Shown one piece after another: positions 41,950 through 53,765 of a DNA stretch of 64,000 nucleotides. Both the position numbers and the translations under genes were made by a program. Origin of the DNA: Dehalococcoidia bacterium. Lineage in GTDB: Bacteria > Chloroflexota > Dehalococcoidia > Lucifugimonadales > CAZENU01. A model generated the notes under the pieces. The model had not been told where the DNA came from. It saw nothing but the letters and a program-made list of their open reading frames with translations, and ran no database searches. Each line of letters starts with the position of its first letter. The stretch's first letter is position 1. The stretch spans positions 1,607,429 through 1,671,428 of the forward strand of contig OZ220748.1 in assembly GCA_965117035.1 (NCBI GenBank). Reading direction: 5' to 3'.

Positions 41950-42318
41950 ATGACCCCTCCGACCGGGCAACGGCTACGCGAGAGGGCGACGGTGGTCGTC
42001 TCCCGCGCCGGCAGGGTGCTGCTGGTGCGCGACGTCGACCCCGAATTCTCGATGCCCGGCGGCGGAATAGAGCCCGGGGAGTCTCCGTCCGTTGCGGCCG
42101 AGCGCGAGCTGTTCGAGGAAACCAGCCTGAGCGCGACCCGGACCGATAGCCTGTTCATTCTCGAGACGGCAGTCAACAGGCACCACGTGTTCCTGGTCGA
42201 GGCCGACGGCGACGTGAAGATGGGACACGAGATCAGCGAGTTCCGGTGGTGGGACCGGGAGGAGCCCATCCCGACCCATCCGCACGTCGAGTCGATCCTC
42301 GCGAGGCTCTCGGCATGA
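41950..42318 (+). CDS. NUDIX hydrolase
   Basis: Nudix box GGGIEPGESPSVAAERELFEETSL. Starts 4 nt after pyrB and overlaps the pyrC start (ATGA). Confidence 0.8.
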   Translation: MTPPTGQRLRERATVVVSRAGRVLLVRDVDPEFSMPGGGIEPGESPSVAAERELFEETSLSATRTDSLFILETAVNRHHVFLVEADGDVKMGHEISEFRWWDREEPIPTHPHVESILARLSA

Positions 42319-43664
42319 CTTCCTCCACACCCATCCTCATCAGGAACGGCCACGTTATCGACCCCGCCCAGGGCATCGATCGGACTGCCGACCTCGTCAT
42401 CGAGGACGGCAGGATTCTCGGCGTCGACAACGGCATCGAGAACGAACAGGCCGAGGTCATCGACGCCGCCGGGCTGGTCGTCTGCCCTGGATTCGTCGAC
42501 CTGCACTGCCACCTGAGAGAGCCCGGCTTCGAGCACAAGGAGACGATCGCCACCGGCACGAGGGCAGCGGCGCGCGGCGGATTCACCACCGTCTGCGCCA
42601 TGCCGAACACCGACCCGGTGATCGACTCCCGCGCCGTCGTCGACTTCGTGCTCAGCAAGGGGCGGAACGAGGGCGCGGTCCGCGTCCTGCCCATCGGCTC
42701 AGTGACGAAGGGCAGCCTGGGCGCGCAGCTCTCCGAGATGGGCGAGCTCTCGGACGCGGGCGTCGTCGGCTTCAGCGACGACGGCCTGCCCGTCCACGAC
42801 GCGAACGTGATGCGGCAGGCGCTCACGTACAGCTCGTCGTTCGGGCTGCCGATCATCAACCACTGCGAGGTCACCGAGCTGAGCAGGCAGGGCCTGGCCA
42901 ACGAGGGCTGGGTGTCGAGCCTGCTCGGCGTGCCGGGCATACCGGGCTCCGCCGAGGAGATCATGGTCGCCCGCGACATCGCGCTCGCGGAGATGACCGG
43001 CGGCCGGCTCCACGTGGCGCACGCAAGCACGGCCGGCACGGTCGAGCTGGTGCGACAGGCCAAAGCCCGCGGGACCGCGAACGTCACCTGCGAGGTAACG
43101 CCGCACCACCTGACCCTGAGCGACGAGACGCTGCTCGGGCCCGACGGCGCGGCCGCCTTCGAGCGCCTCACGCCCGACGCCTACGACTCCAACGCCAAGG
43201 TGGCCCCGCCCCTGCGCGCCCCCCTGGACGTCGAGGCGATGGTGTGGGGACTTGTCGACGGCACGATAGACGTGATCGCCACCGACCACGCGCCCCACAG
43301 CGCCGTCGACAAGCTCTGCACGCTGCACGACGCGGCCAACGGCATCAGCAACCTCGAGACGGCCCTGGGCTCGCTCATGTCGCTCGTCCACGCGGGCGCC
43401 GTCGATCTGCCGCTGCTGGTCGAGAAGCTGACCTCCGCCCCCGCGGCCATCCTCGGCATGGACATCGGATCGCTGAAGCCCGGCGCGCCCGCTGACGTGA
43501 CCATCTTCGACCCCGACGCCGAGTGGGTCGTCGACCCATCCCAGTTCGCCTCCAAGGGCAAGAACACCCCCCTCGCCGGCCGAACGCTCAAGGGCAAAGT
43601 CGTCGCGACGATCTTCGCGGGAGGGGTCGTGTACCATGACGAGCAGCGGATAGGAGAGGGATGA
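42315..43664 (+). CDS. pyrC: dihydroorotase
   Basis: MTSSTPILIRNGHVIDP..; metal ligands DLHCHLREPG. Confidence 0.9.
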   Translation: MTSSTPILIRNGHVIDPAQGIDRTADLVIEDGRILGVDNGIENEQAEVIDAAGLVVCPGFVDLHCHLREPGFEHKETIATGTRAAARGGFTTVCAMPNTDPVIDSRAVVDFVLSKGRNEGAVRVLPIGSVTKGSLGAQLSEMGELSDAGVVGFSDDGLPVHDANVMRQALTYSSSFGLPIINHCEVTELSRQGLANEGWVSSLLGVPGIPGSAEEIMVARDIALAEMTGGRLHVAHASTAGTVELVRQAKARGTANVTCEVTPHHLTLSDETLLGPDGAAAFERLTPDAYDSNAKVAPPLRAPLDVEAMVWGLVDGTIDVIATDHAPHSAVDKLCTLHDAANGISNLETALGSLMSLVHAGAVDLPLLVEKLTSAPAAILGMDIGSLKPGAPADVTIFDPDAEWVVDPSQFASKGKNTPLAGRTLKGKVVATIFAGGVVYHDEQRIGEG

Positions 43665-43668
43665 TGCC

Positions 43669-43890
43669 ATGCAAATGACCGAACTTATTTCCTCGGCGCG
43701 GTTTGTGGTGGACTCAGATGGTCAAAAGAAGGCTGTCGTGCTCGACTACGGGCATTGGCAGGAATTGCTGACGTTGCTCGAAGACCTGTCCGATCTTCAT
43801 GAGATCGAACGTGCCTTCGCAAGTGGAGATGAGGCGATTTCGCTGGAACAGGCCAAAGAGGAGCTCAGAGCGCAGGGGGTAGATGTATAG
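43669..43890 (+). CDS. type II antitoxin (Phd/YefM- or RelB-like)
   Basis: 73 aa; overlaps the downstream RelE-like gene by 8 nt; lower GC. Confidence 0.6.
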   Translation: MQMTELISSARFVVDSDGQKKAVVLDYGHWQELLTLLEDLSDLHEIERAFASGDEAISLEQAKEELRAQGVDV

Positions 43891-44134
43891 CGTATCCGTC
43901 TTGCGGCGCGCGGCGAGGGATATTTCCAGACTCCCTCGTCAGTACCCCAGGTTGGCACTACAGCATATCGAGAGCCTCGCGCTCGATCCCCGTCCTGTTG
44001 GGTCAAAGGCGTTGGGCGGTAGGACAGACCGTGCGTTGCGCGTGGGCGTCTATCGAATCCTCTATCGAATAGACGATGCGAACCGAACCGTCGTCATCGC
44101 TCGCGTACTGCACCGTCGCGAGTCCTATCGGTGA
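43883..44134 (+). CDS. relE: RelE/ParE-family toxin
   Basis: 83 aa; ...RVGVYRILYRIDDANRTVVIARVLHRRESY, a typical RelE/StbE C-terminus. Confidence 0.75.
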   Translation: MYSVSVLRRAARDISRLPRQYPRLALQHIESLALDPRPVGSKALGGRTDRALRVGVYRILYRIDDANRTVVIARVLHRRESYR

Positions 44135-44230
44135 GATGAGCATTGTGAGCCGCGACGTGATCCCCGCAACCCTGTGTCTCCACGTCGGCACCCGGGGCAA
44201 CCCCAAGCGGAGTTACTGAGAAGGATTGTC

Positions 44231-45316
44231 ATGGACGAAGTAAAGATATGGTCGATTGAGGATACGGGCGAGGTCGTCGCGTTGGACGCGAGAGGCGAGA
44301 TGGCGACCGAGTGGTCGCTGGAGGACACGCTGGTCAAGAATCCCGGCCTGCTCATGCCGGGCCTGACGCTGGTCGGCAGGCAGACGCCGACAGACGGAGG
44401 CCCCCTCGACCTGCTCGGCGTGGACAGCGATGGCAAGCTCGCGGTGTTCGAGCTGAAGCGCGGTGCTCTCTCACGAGACGCCGTAGCGCAGATCATCGAC
44501 TACGCTTCCGACCTCGACGGCATGGAATTGGGCGCGCTGGCCGGGCACATATCGGAGAGGTCGGGCGAGCACGGCATCTCGAAGATCGAGGACTTCGAGG
44601 ATCGGTACAGCCGTTTGTTCCCCGACCTTGCCCTAGATTCGTTGAAGCCGTTGCGGCTGTTCCTTGTCGGGCTCGGTGTCGACGATAGAACTGAGCGGAT
44701 GGTCAATTTCCTCGCCAATAGCAGCGGCATGGATATCTCCCTCATAACCTTCCACGGTTTCACCTTTCAGGGCAAGACGCTCCTTGCCAAACAGGTGCAC
44801 GTAGACGCCACTGACCGCAGTCCTTTGTCGGGTCGGTATGTCAGAAGCGTAGGGTCGGTGGAGAACCGCGCCAAGGAAGTCGGCGCATACGACCTCCTGG
44901 CCGACGTGAGGCAGATGTTCTTTGAGACTTGGGAACGGAATCTCCGCCAAGCTGCAAGCACCGTCGGGCTCACCTTTTCCGTGTTGGAACAATCGGAGTC
45001 AGGCCGGCGCTCCACACCAACGTATCTCGCCCTGAGGCTCGATCTTGAAGACGGAGGCATCAGAGTGGGCTTCTATCCCAGGGCCATTGAGCTTTGTCGG
45101 ACCGATTTCGAACAACTTGAAGGTAGCGACGTTCCTAGTAGTCGTCTTGGGAATCCGCAAGCGCTTCCTCTGACCGGGCAAGTGAACTACCAGATTGAAA
45201 TACCCCTGAAATCGTTCGCTGAATGGGAAACCCACAAGGAGACGCTAGCCTCGCTGACGCAAGCGGTTTACGAAGCCTGGCTGAGCAGTGATGAGGAACC
45301 TGCGGCGCATGACTAG
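44231..45316 (+). CDS. PD-(D/E)XK nuclease-like (NucS/DUF91-type core) protein with unknown C-terminal half
   Basis: LEDTLVKNPGLLMPGLTLVGRQ..GGPLDLLGVDSDGKLAVFELKRGALSRDAVAQIIDY matches the D...E-x-K nuclease core pattern. Confidence 0.5.
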   Translation: MDEVKIWSIEDTGEVVALDARGEMATEWSLEDTLVKNPGLLMPGLTLVGRQTPTDGGPLDLLGVDSDGKLAVFELKRGALSRDAVAQIIDYASDLDGMELGALAGHISERSGEHGISKIEDFEDRYSRLFPDLALDSLKPLRLFLVGLGVDDRTERMVNFLANSSGMDISLITFHGFTFQGKTLLAKQVHVDATDRSPLSGRYVRSVGSVENRAKEVGAYDLLADVRQMFFETWERNLRQAASTVGLTFSVLEQSESGRRSTPTYLALRLDLEDGGIRVGFYPRAIELCRTDFEQLEGSDVPSSRLGNPQALPLTGQVNYQIEIPLKSFAEWETHKETLASLTQAVYEAWLSSDEEPAAHD

Positions 45317-46414
45317 CCCCGCTCATCTCGTCCTCGAGGACGGCTCCGTTTACCCGGCCGCGCGTTCGGCGCGGGGGGCGACGCCTTCGGCGAGGTCGTC
45401 TTCAATACCTCCATGACCGGCTACCAGGAGATGCTGACCGACCCGTCGTACGCCGGCCAGATCGTCGTCCCGACCTACCCCCTGATCGGCAACTACGGCA
45501 TCAACGAGCGCGACTTCGAGTCGCGCCGCGTCCAGGTCGCCGGGTTCGTGGTCCGGCAGAACGACACGGCGCCGAGCCACGCGCTGAGCACGATGACGCT
45601 CGACCGCTTCCTCGCCGACCAGGGCGTGCCCGGCCTCAGCGGCGTCGACACCCGCGCCATCACCCGCAGGCTGCGAACCGCCGGCGTCATGATGGGCGCC
45701 ATCCTCCCCGGCGAGCCGTCCGACGCGGGGCTCGACGTCCTGCGCGGCCAGCGGCGCTACGACGACACCGACTTCGTCTCATACGTCACGACCGACTCGC
45801 CCTACGACTGGGACGAGCCGGTGCCCGGCACGGAGTCCCCGGCCGCGAGACGCCGCATCGTCGTCGACGACTGCGGCCTGAAGTACAACATCCTCCGCAT
45901 CCTCCGGTCGCGGGGCTGCGAGGTCGTCGCGGTGCCGGCGGGAACGTCGGCCGAGGACGTGCTCGCCCTCCGGCCCGACGGCGTCCTGATGTCGCCGGGC
46001 CCGGGCGACCCCGAGCTTCTCGCCTACGCCGTCGAGACGGCCAGGGGCCTCGCCGGCAGGACGCCGATGCTCGGCATCTGCCTGGGCAACCAGGTCATCG
46101 CGCGCGCCTTCGGCGGGCGCAACTACAAGCTCAAGTTCGGGCACCGCGGAGGCAACCATCCGGTGCTCGACAACCGCACCGGGCTGGTCCACATCACCGC
46201 GCAGAACCACGGCTACGCCGTTGACCCGGACAGCCTTCCCGCCGAGATCGAGGTCAGCCAGGTCAACCTCAACGACGGCACCGTCGAGGGGCTGCGCCAC
46301 AGGTCCCTGCCCGTCATGAGCATCCAGTACCACTCCGAGGCGTCCCCCGGCCCCCGCGACAACGAGTACGTCTTCACCGAGTTTCTTGAAATGGTCGACG
46401 AGCACCGGGCATGA
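45309..46414 (+). CDS. carA: carbamoyl-phosphate synthase small subunit (apparent 1-nt deletion near codon 16)
   Basis: MTSPAHLVLEDGSVY is in frame 0 from ATG 45309. [25 protein letters not shown] continues in the frame of ORF 45413..46414. GATase Cys context LGICLGNQ. Confidence 0.85.
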
Positions 46415-46494
46415 GCGCACCAATGACCGACGTGCTACAATGGTGCGCCATATTGATGCACTAGAGTGATGCTAGCCGGAGGTGCGCGCACGAC

Positions 46495-46761
46495 ATGCGA
46501 ACAACACTCGACATAGACGGCAACCTCCTCGACTCGGTGGTCGCCGCAACCGGGGAGAAGACGAAGAGCAAGGCGGTGAACGCGGCGCTCAAGGAGTACG
46601 TTCGCCGCAAGCACGTCCAGGAGCTGATCGACTCCTGGGGCAAGATCATGGTCGACGACTACAGCGAGCAGGCGATGGAAGCGGAGGAGCGCAAGCGAGC
46701 GTCCCTTGCGCCGCAAAGAATCGGCAACGCGGACGCTGGTCTTCAAGAGCGAGGTGGATAG
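46495..46761 (+). CDS. vapB: VapB-like antitoxin (DUF2191-type), copy 1
   Basis: MRTTLDIDGNLLDSVVAATGEKTKSKAVNAALKEYVRR. Confidence 0.65.
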   Translation: MRTTLDIDGNLLDSVVAATGEKTKSKAVNAALKEYVRRKHVQELIDSWGKIMVDDYSEQAMEAEERKRASLAPQRIGNADAGLQERGG

Positions 46762-46995
46762 ATGCGGACCACACTGGACATAGACCCCGATCTGCTGGAC
46801 AGCGTGGTGGAGACCACCGGAGAGCGCAGCAAGACCAGGGCCGTCAGCAAGGCCCTGGAGGAGTACGTTCGCCGGGTAAAGATCAACGAACTGCGGGCCA
46901 TGGCCGGCAGGATGCCACTTAACGATACGCGGGAGCAGCAGCGGGCGGCCGATAGGCGCAGACAAGCCTTCCTGGACGAATTGAGGAGCAGATAG
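46762..46995 (+). CDS. vapB: VapB-like antitoxin, copy 2
   Basis: MRTTLDIDPDLLDSVVETTGERSKTRAVSKALEEYVRR; starts directly after the stop of copy 1. Confidence 0.7.
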   Translation: MRTTLDIDPDLLDSVVETTGERSKTRAVSKALEEYVRRVKINELRAMAGRMPLNDTREQQRAADRRRQAFLDELRSR

Positions 46996-46996
46996 G

Positions 46997-47530
46997 TTGG
47001 TCATCGCGGACTCGTCAATATGGATCGAGTTTCAGAACAACCCCGACTCCGAAGCGGGGGCGGAGCTCGATCGACTTCTTGCCAACGATGAAGTCGCAAT
47101 GGTCGGCCCCGTGCTGACGGAGGTGCTTCAGGGTTCGCGATCGGAGAGTGACCTCGACTTCTTTGCCAGCCGAATCACGGCTCTTCCATTCCTGGAGACG
47201 GGCCAGGAGGTCTGGGTGAGGGCGGCAGAGCTGAACTATCGGCTCGGGCGACAGGGATCGATGCTGTCGCTGGGCGATCTCGTGATCTCGACCCTGGCGC
47301 TGTCCCACGATATTCCGGTCTACTCGCTCAACGGCGATTTCGACCGCGTGCCCGCCTCCGCCGTCATGAGGTCGACACCCAGTGACCAGGCTCTCCGGCA
47401 TCAAGGCCATATCCTTCGACATCGACGGCACGGTCTGGGACTTCGTCGGCAAGATGCGCGACTCGCTCGCCAGGGCGTTGGAGGAGTTGGAGCGCGTCGA
47501 CCCGGAGGCCGCCGCCAGGCTGGACGTTGA
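46997..47530 (+). CDS. vapC: PIN-domain VapC toxin (3' end uncertain; ORF runs 149 nt into the next gene)
   Basis: TTG start. VIADSSIWIEF ... TEVLQG ... LSLGDLVISTLAL ... NGDFDRV acidic PIN residues. The domain ends at about aa 125, but no stop occurs until 47530. Confidence 0.7.
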   Translation: MVIADSSIWIEFQNNPDSEAGAELDRLLANDEVAMVGPVLTEVLQGSRSESDLDFFASRITALPFLETGQEVWVRAAELNYRLGRQGSMLSLGDLVISTLALSHDIPVYSLNGDFDRVPASAVMRSTPSDQALRHQGHILRHRRHGLGLRRQDARLARQGVGGVGARRPGGRRQAGR

Positions 47531-48076
47531 CCGCATGGCCGAGATCAGGAACGAGGTGCACGAGGCGATGCGGGGCGTCACCCCCGACCTGGTCGAGATC
47601 AGGAAGGCCTCGTTCAGGCAGGCGCTCGTCGAAGTCGGCCGGCCCGACGACGCGCTCGCGAAGCGGCTCGCCGAAGTCTACTTCGAGAGCCGCTGGGCGC
47701 CGTCCACGCTGTTCGACGACGTTCGCCCCGCCATCGAGGCGCTCGCGCCCAAGTACCGCCTCGGAGTCATCTCCAATGGCAACAGCTACCCGGAGCGCTT
47801 CGGACTCGGCCCCTACTTCTCGTTCGGCGCCTACGCACAGGACTGCGGCGGCATACAGAAGCCCGACCCGCGCCTATACCGCATCGCGATCGACGAGGCG
47901 GGCTGCCTGCCGTCCGAGATGCTGCACGTCGGCGACTCCGTGCGCAGCGATATCGGCGGCGGCAACGACGCGGGCCTCTGGACCGCCTGGGTCAACCGCG
48001 ACGGCGCCGAGCCCGACGAGCGCTACAGGGCCGACTTCGAGATCGCCAGGCTGACCGACCTGCTGGAGATCGTCTG

Positions 48077-48077
<1 letters not shown>
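47382..48077 (+). CDS. HAD-family hydrolase
   Basis: Motif [11 protein letters not shown], motif III/IV KPDPRLY and [11 protein letters not shown]. Its stop overlaps the carB start. Confidence 0.8.
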
Positions 48078-51442
<3,365 letters not shown>

Positions 51443-51443
51443 C

Positions 51444-51698
51444 ATGGGCCAATCGCCCTGCACGAGAGAAGTCAAGCTCATCCCCATCGGCAACTCCAGG
51501 GGCATCCGTCTGCCCAAGGAGCTGTTGGACAAGTACGGGTGGAGCGACCGGCTGTTGCTGCAAGAGATGGAAGAGAGCGTCGTCCTGCGGGGTGCGAAGA
51601 CGCACCGTCCCTCCTGGGAGGAGACCCACCGCGCCATGGCCGCCGAATCGGAGGACTGGAGCGACCTCGACGTCGTCGTAGCCGACGGCCTGGACTGA
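51444..51698 (+). CDS. mazE: AbrB/MazE-family antitoxin
   Basis: VKLIPIGNSRGIRLPKELLDKYGW SpoVT/AbrB swapped-hairpin motif. Confidence 0.7.
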   Translation: MGQSPCTREVKLIPIGNSRGIRLPKELLDKYGWSDRLLLQEMEESVVLRGAKTHRPSWEETHRAMAAESEDWSDLDVVVADGLD

Positions 51699-51708
51699 GA
51701 CAACCGCT

Positions 51709-51847
51709 TATCCCTGGCACTACTCCGCCCACGTCGCCGACCTCGACCCGGCCGTCGGCAGCGAAATACGCAAGGCCAGGGCGGCCATCGTCGCCCAACG
51801 ATGCGGCACAACTGCCGCGTATCATCGGCGAGATGTATGCCGAGTAA
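51709..51847 (+). pseudogene. mazF: remnant of mazF/pemK toxin gene (no start, frameshifted, truncated)
   Basis: HVADLDPAVGSEIRKARAAIV (MazF N-terminal signature), then after a frame change SPNDAAQLPRIIG and an early stop. Confidence 0.45.
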
Positions 51848-52020
51848 CCCCTGGGAACGCGTGCGCCCACCGGCAGCCCCGGGGCGCGGCGGCTGGACGC
51901 AGAGATCGAGGCGAACCTGCTGCGGCTGGCGTCTGGAGACCGGGACTGGAATGCGGGGCATCTTGAAGCGTGTCAGGAAGGCGCATATAATCTAGCCATC
52001 CCGTCTAGCCGGAGCAGGTC

Positions 52021-52281
52021 ATGGTTGAGTGGTCTTTGCAGGACGCCAAGAACCGTTTCAGCGCGGTCGTGAACGCCGCTCTTTCCGGTGAACCTCAGAC
52101 CGTCACCCGCAGAGGCTCGCCGGCCGTCGTGGTGCTGGCCGTAGAGGACTATCAACGGCTCTGCCAGGCCGAACGGGCCGACGCGCCGACCTTCATTGAA
52201 CACCTGCTCTCGATACCAAAGGGAGGTCCGGACGACCTGTTCGATGGCGGCCCGCTGAAACTCCGCGACGTGGAGTGGTGA
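52021..52281 (+). CDS. Phd/YefM-family antitoxin
   Basis: WSLQDAKNRFSAVVNAALSGEPQTVTRRGSPAVVVLAVEDYQRL. Confidence 0.75.
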   Translation: MVEWSLQDAKNRFSAVVNAALSGEPQTVTRRGSPAVVVLAVEDYQRLCQAERADAPTFIEHLLSIPKGGPDDLFDGGPLKLRDVEW

Positions 52282-52718
52282 TGTACCTGCTGGACACCAA
52301 CGTTCTCTCCGCCCTGCGCCGGCCCGAGCGCCACCCCGCGCCGGTCCTGTGGCTGAGAGACCAACGCGCGTCCGACGTGTACCTCAGCGTGGTGACGCTC
52401 GGCGAAATCGAGCGGGGCATCGTCCGGCAGTCGACACGAGACCCGGCCTTTGCCCGCGATCTTGCCCGGTGGTTCGAACAGACCCTGGCATGGTTCGCGG
52501 ACCGCGTTCTCCCGGTGGACGTGGCCACGTCCCGGCGCTGGGGCCGCCTCTCGGCATCCGTTGGCAACCAGGAGATCGACCTGCTCATCGCCGCCACAGC
52601 CCTCGAGCATGGCCTCACCGTCGTCACCCGAAATGTGCGCCATTTTGTCGGCACCGACGTGGCGGTGTTCAACCCATTCGAGTACCACGGCGGGGCTTCA
52701 GGCGCCCCGAACGGCTGA
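52275..52718 (+). CDS. vapC: PIN-domain VapC toxin (FitB-like)
   Basis: MYLLDTNVLSAL.., TLGEIERG, LLIAATALEHGLTVVTRNVRHF. ATG 52281 overlaps the antitoxin stop. Confidence 0.8.
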   Translation: MVMYLLDTNVLSALRRPERHPAPVLWLRDQRASDVYLSVVTLGEIERGIVRQSTRDPAFARDLARWFEQTLAWFADRVLPVDVATSRRWGRLSASVGNQEIDLLIAATALEHGLTVVTRNVRHFVGTDVAVFNPFEYHGGASGAPNG

Positions 52719-52832
52719 AACGGACGGCGCACCTCCGCCGCATCGCGCACCCACGTCCGTCAAGGCGTTTCTTGACCCACGGCCTCCCTGTGCACAATAA
52801 TTGTAGCGAGACCCCGAAGGAGGCTTTCCCAA

Positions 52833-53060
52833 ATGGTCGCCACGCGCGAAAAATTCTCCAGCCAGGCTTCGCCGGACCTGCTCTCGAAGATGCGCGAGAT
52901 CGCCCGAAGCGACGGGCGTCACTTCCAGGCCGTGCTCGAGGACGCCATGAGCGTCTATATCGAGAGCCGGGCCCAGCAGAACGTCCGCCCGGAGATGATG
53001 GCCCACTTCCGGGCTAGCCTGGAGAAGAACCGGCGCCTCTACGAGCTGCTCGCGCAATGA
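52833..53060 (+). CDS. ribbon-helix-helix antitoxin partner of Doc
   Basis: 75 aa; overlaps the doc start (ATGA). Confidence 0.65.
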   Translation: MVATREKFSSQASPDLLSKMREIARSDGRHFQAVLEDAMSVYIESRAQQNVRPEMMAHFRASLEKNRRLYELLAQ

Positions 53061-53443
53061 ACCACGACTTCCCCTCGATCGAAGAGGTCGTCGCGATCCA
53101 CGACGCGTTGATCCGGGAGACCGGCGGCTCAATGGGCCTGCGCGATCCGGGAGCGCTGGCATCGGCCATGATGCGCCCGCAGATGGGCTACTACGATGAC
53201 ATCATGGAGGAGGCTGCGGCAATGCTGGAGAGCCTCGCCATGAACCATCCCTTCGTGGACGGCAACAAGCGTACCGCGCTCGCCGTCACCGACGCCTTCC
53301 TCCGCCTGAACGGCAAGTTCATCGAGTGCGACAGCGAGGAAGCCTACGCTCACTTCATACACCTGTTCGACACCAACTCGTTCAGATTCGCCGAGCTCCA
53401 CTCCTGGCTCCAGGATCACGTCAAGCCGCTGCCCGGCGCGTGA
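53057..53443 (+). CDS. doc: Doc (death-on-curing) Fic-family toxin
   Basis: Fic motif HPFVDGNKRTAL. Confidence 0.85.
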   Translation: MNHDFPSIEEVVAIHDALIRETGGSMGLRDPGALASAMMRPQMGYYDDIMEEAAAMLESLAMNHPFVDGNKRTALAVTDAFLRLNGKFIECDSEEAYAHFIHLFDTNSFRFAELHSWLQDHVKPLPGA

Positions 53444-53464
53444 GCCGCATTCTTGTTCCCGTCG

Positions 53465-53665
53465 GAGTCACGTTCCCCTCGGTAACTCGGAACCCTCGCG
53501 ATGAACGCGGATTCCCCACCTCCTGCGGCAGGCCGGCTTGGCGGACTGCTTCCGGAGTCGTGGTGGCGCGCCATATCGGCGATGGATTCCCGCCCCCGTC
53601 TTCACGAGGGCAGGCTCTTCGCGGGAACGACGGTCCTGGGGGAGTGAAAGTCCGGTTTGCAACAC
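53465..53665. repeat. degenerate REP-like hairpin cluster (same family as 4615-4823, partly inverted)
   Basis: aaccctcgcgatgaacgcggattcc, ccccgtcttcacgaggg (reverse complement of the 4628-4645 motif) and ctcttcgcgggaacgacgg. Confidence 0.45.
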
Positions 53666-53713
53666 CGTCACATCCGTGACACCATGTCCATGCGTCCTGG
53701 CAAACGACTCTTG

Positions 53714-53754
53714 ACTATCCACTATCCACTACCAACTATCCACTATCCCCTACC
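53714..53754 (-). repeat. GGATAGT heptamer tract (written for the minus strand)
   Basis: Plus strand reads actatcc actatcc actacca actatcc actatcc. Confidence 0.7.
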
Positions 53755-53765
53755 GGAGGAACCCC

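Noticed and set aside
53646-53655. GAAAGTCCGG string reminiscent of the RNase P RNA conserved region.
   Set aside because: It is an isolated 10-mer inside a REP-like cluster, with no flanking P4/P10-12-type complementary segments that I could find.
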